Source: Lama guanicoe
Taxonomy: Eukaryota
Reading direction: 5' to 3'
Assembly: GCA_013239625.1 (NCBI GenBank)
Contig: MU053487.1
Span: 124,001 to 188,000, forward strand
Length of the DNA stretch: 64,000 bases
The translations under genes were made by a program, and so were the position numbers. Shown piece by piece: positions 53,736 through 64,000 of the stretch. Every line of letters begins with the position of its first letter. Within the stretch, counting starts at the first letter, position 1. The notes below the pieces were generated by a model that did not search any database, was not told the DNA's origin, and saw only the letters and a list, made by a program, of their open reading frames with translations.

Positions 53736-54055
53736 TGTGCAATGGACTAAATGTATCTCTCCCTTCTTCAAAATTCATATGTTGAAATCCTAACCCCCAA
53801 AGTGACCATTTTAGTGGGATTAGTGCCCTTATAAAAGGGACCTCAGAGAGCTCTCTCCCCCTTTCTCCACCATGTGAGGATGCAAGGGAAGGGAGCAGTC
53901 TGCAACTCACCAGAACATGACCGTGTTGGCACCCTGATCTCAGACTTCTATCTCCAGAACTAGAAGAAGAAATAAATTGCTAGAAATACATTTTTATTAT
54001 TTATGAGCCTGTCAGTCTATGGCACTTTGTTATAGTGCCCCAAGTTGATGAAGAA
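53736..54055 (+). mobile_element. MaLR solo LTR (MLT1A-like)
   Basis: aaaattcatatgttgaaatcctaacccccaa...attagtgcccttataaaag...ggcaccctgatctcagacttc...agtctatggcactttgttatag. Confidence 0.85.
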
Positions 54056-54219
54056 GACGGGAGGGGGCGGGGAGGGAGGCACTATCAATTAAGATTAGAC
54101 TTTGAGGACTTTGGATGCTGACCAAGACAGAGTATGCCTGCTACAGTCTTTCTGTGTTTTATTGCAGCAAAATACTGTGGGCAGAATAGAAAAAGCAAGT
54201 ACTGGAGAACTCTGAGAAA

Positions 54220-55225
54220 GTGCTGGACAAAATTCGATACGCATTCAGTAAGCAAGACAAAACAAAAACCCCCAAAAACCTCCCAGCAAATTAGGAATAG
54301 AAGGAAAGTCCGTTAACTTAGTAAAGGGCCCCGGTAAAATTCTACAGCTAACATCATGCTTAATAACCAGATATTGAATGTTTTCCTCATAACCCAGAAA
54401 TCCCAGTCCTGATTATCTATCCCAATGAGTTGAAAACTAATGTTCACACAAAAATCTGTTTGTGAGTGCTTTTAGCAGCTTTATTCAAAATTGTTAGAAG
54501 CTGGAAGCAATCCAGATGTTCTCCAACAGATGAATGGGTAAACAAATTATGTCCATACAATGGAATACTACTCAGCAGTAAAAAAGAAATGAACTGTTGA
54601 TTCACATAACAACGTGGGTGAATTTCAGATGCACTTTGTTAAGTGAAAAAATCCAACAGGCTATATATTGTATAAGTCCATTTATGTGACATCCTTAAAA
54701 AGGGAAAACTATAGAGATGGAAAATGGTTCAGTGGTTGCTAGGGGGTGGATGTGGGAGAAGAGGTGACTATGGGAATTTGGAGGATGATGGAACTGTTTT
54801 ATATGGTTCTGTGGTAGATATACAATCTTTTGCATTTGCCAGAAGCCACAGAACGACAGACTAAGAGGAGAAAATTTTACTGTATGCAATTTTTTTAAGC
54901 CAGCCACCAAGATGGAATTCAGAGTGTGACAAGTGACTCTAATTGTATATAAAATGTGCATTATATTTGATACAATCACACGGAATGGGGTGGGTAAAGA
55001 AGCTTACCAAAGTAACTTTGGAAAACAAGTGTTTTGAATGAATACTGAAATGCTAAAGACAAAAAAAAAACCCATATAAAACAATGTATTATAGTCGGTA
55101 AATTTGTTTCTTACGGGGATGTGAATTAGTAATTAGTAATTTTGAAACTATTATACATGGGGGTTGAAAAAATAAGTTCATGTATTGTAGGTAACTGTAA
55201 CCAAGTTTCTCACTGCCAGAAACAG
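54220..55225 (+). mobile_element. Old L1MC-type ORF2 end and 3' UTR
   Basis: gagttgaaaactaatgttcacacaaaaatctg, aatggaatactactcagca, tgatggaactgttttatatgg. Confidence 0.75.
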
Positions 55226-55249
55226 ATTTTTGTCCTGAGTGCCAGGAGA

Positions 55250-55560
55250 AGCTCCTGAAATGCTACTGTTGCGTGTTGTTGCGTGGCCAGGGAGACCAAT
55301 TTAGACAGATGATGATGGCTGTGAGGTGGAGGTGGTGAGAAATGAACAGATTCAGAATTGAATGTCAGGTGTGATGAAAGGAGAGAATCAAGGATGATTC
55401 CTAGGTTTTTGTCCTGAACAACCAAGGGGATAGTGGGAATGTTTGAAGGGATGAGGAAGACTGGAGAGTAAGAAACTTGGATCAATAGTCTTATTTGGGC
55501 TAAATCAAGTGTGGGATGCCTATTAGACATTCAAGGGGAGATGTCAGATCGGCTGTTGTA
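55250..55560 (-). mobile_element. L2 fragment
   Basis: gaatcaaggatgattcctaggtttttgtcctgaacaac...gatgcctattagacattcaag. Confidence 0.7.
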
Positions 55561-56079
55561 TATGTATCTTCTTCATAGACTTGATGGGCTGGATTTGAGG
55601 ATATCATCTATTAAGGTTCCCTTCAGCAATACTAAAAACATCCAACAAGTCGCTGAGTGATTTAATAAATTAGTGTATGCATACAATGCTATTACATGAA
55701 TTGGCATGCAAAGATAATTTTTAATTGAAAAAAGTAGATTATAAAAATGCGTGTGGTTGCTTTTATTTCTGAGACTGCATCATATTATAATAATACATAC
55801 TTTGTTGGAAGTTTGGAAGCAGATAGACTGGAATATAAGCAGTGGTTACCTCAGGTGTTGGGATTTGGCGTGGTTTTATTCTTTTTGATTTGTTATTTTT
55901 AGTGTAAGATGTCTCCAATAATCATGTATTACCTGTGTAATCTGTTTCTTAAATAAAGAAAATCCATACAGGCAGTCTGCGGCGGGGGGGTGGGGGGAAG
56001 GGTGTGGTTATCTGTCAGGTGAGGGATATCAAGGTGATCAGGGTGGTGATGGACCAGCTGCAAAGGAGGAAAGGCGAAG

Positions 56080-56590
56080 AGACCCCGCCCAAGAGCCGAG
56101 GCGCGGGGGGCGCCGGGGGAGGTCCAAGGGCACCGCCCCTGCGCGTCACGTGCTCACCGGCAGCCAATGGCCGCCTCCGAGCCCACCTTAGGGACGGGGC
56201 GGGGCGCCCAGCTGGCGTCACCAGGACAACGGGCGTTGCCGGCGCCTTGTGACTCTGGGCTGTGGGCGCGCTCGCGGCTCTACGGCCATGGTGAGTCTGG
56301 GGCCCGCGCCGCCGCTGCCGTCCGGCCCTTCCTCGCCCGGGCCATGTCCCCGCGCCGCCGCCTGCTGGGCTGGGGAGGGCGGCGCCGGGGTCGCGGAGAG
56401 GCCGGGCCGCGGCCTGCGGGGCTGCCGGGCTGGGCAGGGCCCGCTGGAGGGGGACCCCCGGGGGACGGGGAACGCCCGCCCGGGGCCGCGTCCTCACCGT
56501 GCAGTGCCGGGACCCCAGCTGGGACCCCCACCCCGCCGGCCGCCGGACAGCGTGACGCCGGCCCCGGCGAGCCTGGGAAGCCACTCGGAG
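56080..56590. promoter_or_regulatory. FBXL2: CpG island promoter of FBXL2 with E-box, CCAAT, GC box and half-CRE
   Basis: GTCACGTG 56145-56152, CCAAT 56164-56168, GGGGCGGGG 56196-56204, TGGCGTCA 56213-56220. Confidence 0.85.
56288..56290 (+). CDS. FBXL2: FBXL2 exon 1 coding part: start codon only
   Basis: ggccATG|gtgagt canonical donor directly after the ATG. The 5' UTR gggctgtgggcgcgctcgcggctctacggccATG resembles my recollection of human FBXL2. Recalled synteny is CRTAP-SUSD5-FBXL2. I saw no second exon in the window. Confidence 0.8.
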
Positions 56591-58260
56591 AGGGTGTGGT
56601 TTTTAAAAAAGGGATTTGTGTGAATGTCATGTACCGTAGATATTCATATTAACACTAGACTGCAGTCTGCGTGCTTCCTGGCTTGTTTCTGTGCAGTTAT
56701 GTAGTAGTAATATAAAATAGGTATTTCTTTAAAAGTCGTCATTCTGACAGGTTTTTTTTTTTAACGTGGAAATTTAAATTTGCAATTTTGGAGATTCCTC
56801 CCTCCTTTTTGAAAATGAGGGCGTTGAGCTGGACTTTTTCTTCTGAGTGCAGCATCCTCACTCAGGGATTTAATTCATAATGAGTTGATTGTAAATGCCT
56901 TACATCATTACCTTTATTCAATAAACTTGAGAGTGAGTGGGCATTTCCACCTGCCCTCTGTCAAACTCGTTTTTTAAAACCTGCCCTGAAGACTCAACTG
57001 AGGTATTTGGTTAAATAGGCAGGATTCAGGGAGTTGCCAGTCGAAGGTATGCTTTCTCTGGGAGCCTCCAAAAGGTATAAGAGAGGAGCTGGATTCTCTG
57101 CTTGGGGACACACATTTGGTATAGAATATTTGAGAAGCGATGCGGTGGGTATTAAGGAAATGCCTAGTTTTAAGAAACAGTTTTTGCGCCTGCTAGTAAT
57201 TTAGTGTAGATTTTGCTCCTGCAGGGGTTAGTGTAAGTGCTAATAAGCTGAGGATTCAGGGTGCTCCCCAAGGGCCAGTTGGCCTTCTGGAGAGAGAAGC
57301 TGCAGTTTGGAACCCTGGCTGCCTCTGCCTTTCCTTAATAACCAGGGGAGTGAGAGAATGTGGATTGTCTGTATCTCATTGACTCTAGAAAAACAACTGT
57401 CAGGTGTGTGGCCTGTTGATCTCAAGAAAAACCATCACCCGCCAATAATGGCAAGGTCTTCTTTATTTTGTGTCTGTTTCTTTTTAATTCTGAATTGCTT
57501 TTGAGTGAAAATTCATGGTGTTCACAAGAGTTTTAGAAAATCAATTTTACAAAAATCTTTAAAGTGTTTTCAATGTTGCAGTGCTTTACTTTTACATGTT
57601 TATAGGTGAGAAAAACCCTTACTGTTATAGCAAGGAGAAAGAAAGAATATTCAGGAGTTAAATTTTCACAGCAATTTGAAGTCTCATACTCCTCCTGTTA
57701 CTCATTTTCCTTTTCTTCTCTTTGGTCCACCTTTTCCATCCTGACCACAGTCCACCTTGATTCACTATTGTAAATTTTAGAGTTTTATTTACTCTAAAAA
57801 GCATTTTACTTTTTATATATTATATTATATAAATACATAATACGTATTTGTGGTTGCTTTGCTGAACTTAGAAGTGCTTTGCTTTTTATCTTTAAGCAGT
57901 GAGAATTCATGGAAGGGATTTAATTGAGTAATTTAATTGATTAGCTGATGCCTGGGCTCCAGGGGAAGACGGGAGGGGTTGGTATAGCAGGGAGGGTGAG
58001 GAGGCTGCCTGTAAAATCCCCAGAACTGTATTCGAGATCGTAACATTACCCTTTGTTAAATGCTTGAATCTAAACGTAGGGCTTTAGCTTTTGATATTTA
58101 TGACTTTGCACATGAATTTTGGAACTCTGTTTAGCTATTACTCAATGAACATTTCTTCAGTTAAGCCACTGGTTTCTGTTGCCTCTAGGTAATAATGACA
58201 GCTGACATTTATTGTGTACATTCTATGTGTGAGACATCTTTCTGAGACCTTATATGTCTT

Positions 58261-59189
58261 TTTTTTAACTTTTTTTTTATTGAAGTATAGTCAGTTTTCA
58301 ATGTTGTCAGTTTCTGGTGTACAACATAATACTTCAGTCATACATGAAGATACATATATATTTGTTTTCATATTCTTTTTTACCATAAGTTACTACAAGA
58401 TATTGAATATAGTTCTCTGTGCTATACAGTATAAACTTGTTGTTTATTTTATATATATTAGTATCTGTAAATCTTGAACTCCCAGTTTATCCCTATCCCT
58501 TCCCATGCCCCCCTGGTAACCATAAGTTTATTTTCTATGTCTGTGAATCTGTTTCTGTTTTGTAAATAAGTTCATTTGTCTTTTTTTTTTTTAGATTCCA
58601 CATATGAGTGATATCATATGGTATTTTTCTTTGTCTTTTGACTTACTTCACTTAGAATGACGTTCTCCAGGTCCATCCATATTGCTGCAAATGGCATTAT
58701 ATTGTTATTTTTTTATGGCTGAGTTGTATTCCATTTATAAATATACCACAACTTCTTTATCCAGTCCTCTGTCGATGGACATTTAGGTTGTTTCCATGTC
58801 TTGGCTATTCTAAATAGAGCTGCTGTGAACATTGGGGTGCAGGTACCTTTTTGAATTAAGGTTCCCTCTGGATATATGCCCAGGAGTGGGATGGCTGGAT
58901 CATATGGTAGTCTATTTTTAGTCTTAGGAGGTATCTCCATACTGTTTTCCATAATGGCTGCACCAAACTACATTCCCACCAGCAGTGTAGGAGGGTTCCC
59001 TTTTCTCCACAGCCTCTGCAGCATTTATTGTTTGTGGACTTGTGAATGATGGCCATTCTGACTGGTGTGAGGTGACACCTCATTGTAGTTTTGATGTGCA
59101 TTTCTCTGATAATTAGCAATATTGAGCATTTTTTCATGTGCCTATTGATTATTTGTTATGTCTTCATTGCAGAATTGTTTGCTTAGGTA
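58261..59189 (-). mobile_element. 5'-truncated LINE-1 in FBXL2 intron 1
   Basis: ORFs 58856-59137 and 58713-58952 are an L1 ORF2 C-terminus. TSD aga(c/g)cttat(a/g)tgtctt at 58245-58260 and 59190-59205. Confidence 0.95.
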
Positions 59190-59479
59190 AGAGCTTATGT
59201 GTCTTAACCATCACAACCACGTAATGAGGAGTTGTCTTGGAGCCTGCTGTGTAAACACTGAATTATACTGTAATGGATAATGCATCATTATATGTTCCCT
59301 AGATATGCCACTTATATGTTAGGTAATGAATTTTGTTTCTTATTTTAACTTTAATGTTTTGAGCAGTTATGAATACTTGTGTTTTATTGTACCGGGCACT
59401 GGGCTGGATGCTCCTGAACAGAGTAGGCACCCCTAGACTTCTCTGCTCATCCTCTTCCCCTCTCCTCGTTTTTAAAAAA

Positions 59480-59628
59480 ATTTTTATGTATTATTTTATT
59501 TTATTTAAAATTTATTTTTTTATTTTAAGGGGGAGGTAATTTAAAATTTTTTTAATGAAGGTACTGAGGATTGAACCCAGGACCTTGTGCATGCTAATTA
59601 TGTGCTCTACCACTGAGCTATACCCCCA
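59480..59628 (-). mobile_element. tRNA-Ala-derived SINE with AT-rich tail
   Basis: gtactgaggattgaacccaggacc...ctctaccactgagctataccccc. Confidence 0.88.
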
Positions 59629-60369
59629 CACCTCTTTCATACAGATGGAATGAAGAGGAATTAATGAGGACAGATTATAGGATTAGGGTTCATACTCATG
59701 GCTGAAGTAGCATTTGAAGTTTCTCCTGTCATTTCAACTTCTGTTCAGGAACTGGCACCTGCTCTTTGTGAATCACAAAGACCAGCTTTTTACATAAAGT
59801 CATTTAGACTTGGTGGATGAAACTGTTTAACAATTTATTCTCCAAGATTTTTTTCCTCATAGTATTTTTTACATATATTTTAGTTGTATATTCTAAAATT
59901 GTTACAAAAAGACTACCGAATAACTGTTTAAACTTTTAATTTATATGGATCAGAATCCACATTGGAATACCTGTTGTTATCAAGTTTTTGTTTTTGCCTA
60001 AAACTTTAGCTCCTACACCAGATTTAGCTTTTGGAAATATAAAATAACATTGTATCATACAGTTTTCCCATTTTAATTCATTTTACTTGGGCTTTTCCCC
60101 TTTTTTGGCCCTTTTTTCGGTCTTTGTTTGTGGTTAGGGCTTCTCAGGTATTGGGGAGCACAGTAAAATATATCTAAGGATTACCAGACAGTTTTGGTTT
60201 CTTTGCCACCACATGGTAGCGTTAAGAGAGCTTATGTAATGAGGGCTGTGTTAATAGATCATGACAAGAAGTTTCTCAGTATATTAATTTTCCTACTCTT
60301 GACAATACTGGTCTCCCTTTTGGCTGCACTAGGATTGGGATAGGGCAGAATTTTTAGCAATCGTAGCAC

Positions 60370-60600
60370 TAACTCTTTCGTAGAGCCTGACCACTGTGCC
60401 CAGTTTTAGGCTCATCACTTCACATTTATCTCATTTAATCCTGCTAACATGCGTATGAGATTGACATTATCATACCCACTCAGCAGGCCCAGTCTGATTA
60501 GGCAGTTTGCCCAAGGTCACAGAGTTGGTGAGCGGCCGAGACAGAATCTGAACTCAGCTAGTCTGTCTCCGAAGTCTGCTATCTTAACCATCACGCCATG
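60370..60600 (-). mobile_element. MIR SINE
   Basis: tatctcatttaatcct...ttgcccaaggtcacagag...tcttaaccatcacgcca. Confidence 0.7.
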
Positions 60601-61094
60601 GCTTCTTTCCAAATTGAAGGTTGTGCTCGGTGCCTGGCATCAATATAACGACACCAAGATTAAGACTCAATATCTTGTCACTTGAACCAGCAAGCTCTTT
60701 TTATTTTATGAAGGACTCTGTTACGATGTTGCCTAATGACTTCCTGCAGGATTCACTTGGCCTTTTTTCTTTTTTCTTTTTTTAAACAGTGCAGACAACC
60801 AAAACTCAGATGCAGACAGTCATGGGTTAGCCTACACTTTCACCTCTGCCTTCCCTGTCTCCCTTTGTGTCTTCCCTCTCCCCTGTGTAGTGTCAGCTGC
60901 AGCCACTGCCACTTCCAGCCCTGGGGCGGCTACGGGGAGCTGGGCTTGAGCAGAGGGGTCGAGGGAAGCAGAACAGGGCAGTCATTGGGAAAGTTTTTGT
61001 GGAGTCAGAGTCACAGTCCAAATCCAGCTTTTCCAGTTCTCGGTGCTGCCCCTTTAATTGTGCCTTTCCATTAAACTTTCTGTCCTGTGGTTTT

Positions 61095-61950
61095 CTATCC
61101 AGCAAATATTTGTATGTCCCTCTGTGTGCCAGGCACTGTTCCAGGCAGTGGGTATCCAACAGTGAGTGGAATAGGGAAGGCTCTGTCCTAATGGAGTTTA
61201 CATTCCAGTGACAGGAAGACAGATAAACAAATAGATAAGGTATTGAAAGGTGCTTTGGAGAAAAATAAAGCTGAGTGAAAGAGAAAAGAACTTTTAAGGC
61301 AGGATGAGAGAGTGGATGAGAGGAGGGAGGAGTTGCCTTTTATGTAGGCTGGACATCTGGGTGACATCTGAGCAGAAGATATGTCCCAGGAATGCCTAGA
61401 GAAAGACCACCTCAGGGAAGGACACAAGTGCAGAGGTTCTGAGGCAGTCCCTGGTGTGTTGGAGGAACAGTGAGGAAAAGAGTGTGGGTATAGGGGAGTA
61501 AGGCCGAGAAGCATGGCCAGAGGAAAGAGCAGAGTAGTCAGGGAGGCCAGATCCCACAGGACTTACCAGCCATTTAGAGAAGTTTGCCTTTCCCTCTGAT
61601 TGGCAAGTTTTAAGATGAATGACATAATATGACTTATATTTCATAAAAGGACCATTCGGACTGCCATGTGGGAAATACACATGGGGTAGGAGGGGACAGA
61701 GGATGAGAACAAAGGAGACTGGATAGGACATTACTGGTGCAGTAATCCATAGGGTTGGCTGATGGATTGGCTGTGGAATATATAAGAAAAGCAAGGCAAA
61801 GACAGTTTAGTGACTTGAGTCTGAGCAACAGGAAAAAGCTTTCATTTGCAGAGATGAAGACTATAGGAGGAGTAAATGTAGCGTAGGGATGAAGAAAGCA
61901 GGAGTTGGTTTTGGACTTGATAAATTTGCGATCCTTATTAGACATCTAAA
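61095..61950 (-). mobile_element. L2 LINE 3' region
   Basis: cagcaaatatttgtatgtccctctgtgtgccaggcactgttcc...atggagtttacattccagtg...ttattagacatcta. Confidence 0.8.
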
Positions 61951-63244
61951 ATCTAAAGACACCTAAAGACACGCAGTTATGCTTTCAGAGACAATGGGAT
62001 GGTATATATTTTAGAAACACAAATTTAATGGAATCTTGAAGTATTAGGTTTGGAAGAGACTTTGGAGTTTCTCTAGTGCAGTCCTTTCATTTCATGAACT
62101 AGGAATACCGAGAGATTAAATGCCTTCCCCAGAGTCTGTACTACCGGTTGTGCAGCACAAAGGGCCCTGGACTCGGGCAAGTCATTTATCTGCTCCACGT
62201 CTGCTTTTCTTCTATCAGAAAGGATAATAAAGACTTCCACTTTCAGTTAGGATGTTGAAAGTTGCAAAAATTAGACATTACTCTTTCTACCCTAACAATG
62301 AGAAAAGGTAGAGAAGCTGGAAAGTTGTAGTTCTCTAAAAAACCCCTCTAGAGAGCTGAGGACACATCTAAATGAATTAAAATCCAGGATGTAATGTGCC
62401 TTTCCCAGAAAAAAAGTAACACCTAGATCACCGACTTTGGTCTGTGGTGGGGACAGCAGGAGAAGGAAGAATCTGCTATAGACAGCTGAGAGAAGTCAGC
62501 CAGGCTTGTATTGACTGCATGTGGGCTGGAGGGACAGTTTGGAATCCTGAGGAGCCCCAGCCATGGAGCAAGGTTTCACCTACCTCTTTCCCCTGGGCCT
62601 TCCCTGAATCCCTGGATGTAGTGTGCTGGAGGCTGGGGCCAGGGTAAGAGAGCTGAGAATGTTCTTGGGGTGGGTGGGGCCTGCTGATGGCCAGGGCAGG
62701 ACAGTCAATAAAAATCTCCCTGAGTCAGGCAGGGCCACCACAGACAGGGGTCAGGCCTGGCCGAAGAGCTGAGAAATATCCCCCTGTGGCTATCCAGGTT
62801 TTCCCCCAGGACACAGCAGCCTGCTTTCAGAAGGTGGAGTCTGAGTAACAGGGCAGAGAGTGAGCCCTCCTTAAGGCACAGACAGCAGAGGATGCTACTG
62901 GAAGCAAAAATGACTCCCCAGCCCGCAGCCTGAATGTGAAAAAGATGTCTCACTGTTGAGAAAGCTAGCAGCTAGGTTGTAAGGCTCAAAGAGATCTGTG
63001 AGGTTTCCCCAGTACTCAGATCCCAACTTCTGAAGGCGAAGTTCTTGTTTCACCCTAGAAAAAATTTAAGCCAATCTTGAACTGAATCTAACTAATGCTA
63101 TAACAAATCTGAAACCCAGCTCAACTATAGATTGAAAGGATTCAGTGCCCCCCACCCCCACCCTGAGCAACCCAACTGAAGAAGGAGCTGCCCTTTATGG
63201 AAGTCGATTACTGTATTTCTTAAAAAAAAAAAACCCAAAAAACC

Positions 63245-64000
63245 AAGTATAACTGACATTGGTTCCAACTGTAAAACATAATGATTCAATATTTGTATAT
63301 TGCAAAATGATCACCGCCATAAGTGTAGTTAACATCTGTCACCATACATAGTTACAGAATTTTCTTTTCTTCTGATGAGAACTTTTAATACTTATTCTTC
63401 TGGGAAAAAAAAAGATTGACTCTCTTGGCACTTTTGAGTCTTCCACACAGTATTATTAACTCTAGTCACCATGCTGTGTGTCATATCCCTGTGACTTCGT
63501 CACTTTATAACAGGAAGTTTGTACCTTTTGCCCCCTTCACCTGTTGTGCCCACCTTCCTTTCCCATCCCCTGCCTCTGGCAACCGCAGATCTGTTCTCTG
63601 TATGTATGAGCTCATTTTTTAACGATTTCCCATATAAGTGAGATCATTTGTCTAAGTATTTGTCTTTCCCTGTGTGACTTATTTCACTTTCCATAATGTC
63701 TTCGGAGTCCATCCATGTCGTTGTAAATGTCAAAATTTCCTTCTTATGGCTGTCTTGTACCTGTCTACCATATTTTCTTTATCCATTCGGCTAGATGGAT
63801 ATTTAGATTGTTTCCATATCAGCTTTTGTAAATGTTTCTGTGAACATGGGTGCTCAGATATCTTTTCCAGTTAGTGTTTTTGCTTTATTCAGATAAATAC
63901 CCAGAAGTGGGATTGCTGGATCATATGGTAGGTCTATTTTTAATTTTCTGAGGAATCTGCATACTGTTTTCCATAGTGGCTGTGCCAGTTTACATTCCCA
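63245..64000 (-). mobile_element. LINE-1 3' region running off the window end
   Basis: ataagtgagatca, gggattgctggatcatatggtagg, ttttccatagtggctgtgccagtttacattccca. Confidence 0.9.

Noticed and set aside
56015..56652. ORFs of 116-189 aa over the FBXL2 CpG island
   Set aside because: Same GC-content artefact; the real ATG is followed directly by a splice donor.

Overview
This is mammalian genomic DNA, not a prokaryotic accessory region. The abundant tRNA-Ala-derived SINEs match my recollection of the camelid vic-1 type, so the species is probably camel, alpaca or llama (inference). The window holds the complete five-exon SUSD5 gene on the minus strand (CDS exons 40449-40359, 32641-32464, 31164-31046, 19263-19075, 8990-7687). 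These total 1881 nt, or 626 aa plus stop, with all introns GT-AG and phases consistent. The protein has a signal peptide, Link module, Sushi/CCP domain, acidic S/T/P-rich stalk, transmembrane helix and short tail. Divergently, the window holds the CpG-island promoter and ATG-only first coding exon of FBXL2 (ATG 56288-56290, plus strand). The rest is intron or intergenic sequence filled with L1, L2, MIR, MER5A, MER47-like, MaLR and ERV-L remnants and about ten SINEs, many with readable target-site duplications (TSDs). I found no convincing new biological system. The most unusual observations are a locally templated ~85-bp duplication, a chimeric L1 that splits a MER5A, an insertion cluster, an ERV-L dUTPase fossil, a CpG-rich intronic segment with two palindromes, and a strong orphan splice acceptor. 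Repeat family names come from recalled consensus sequences, not a database search, and boundaries of old repeats are approximate.
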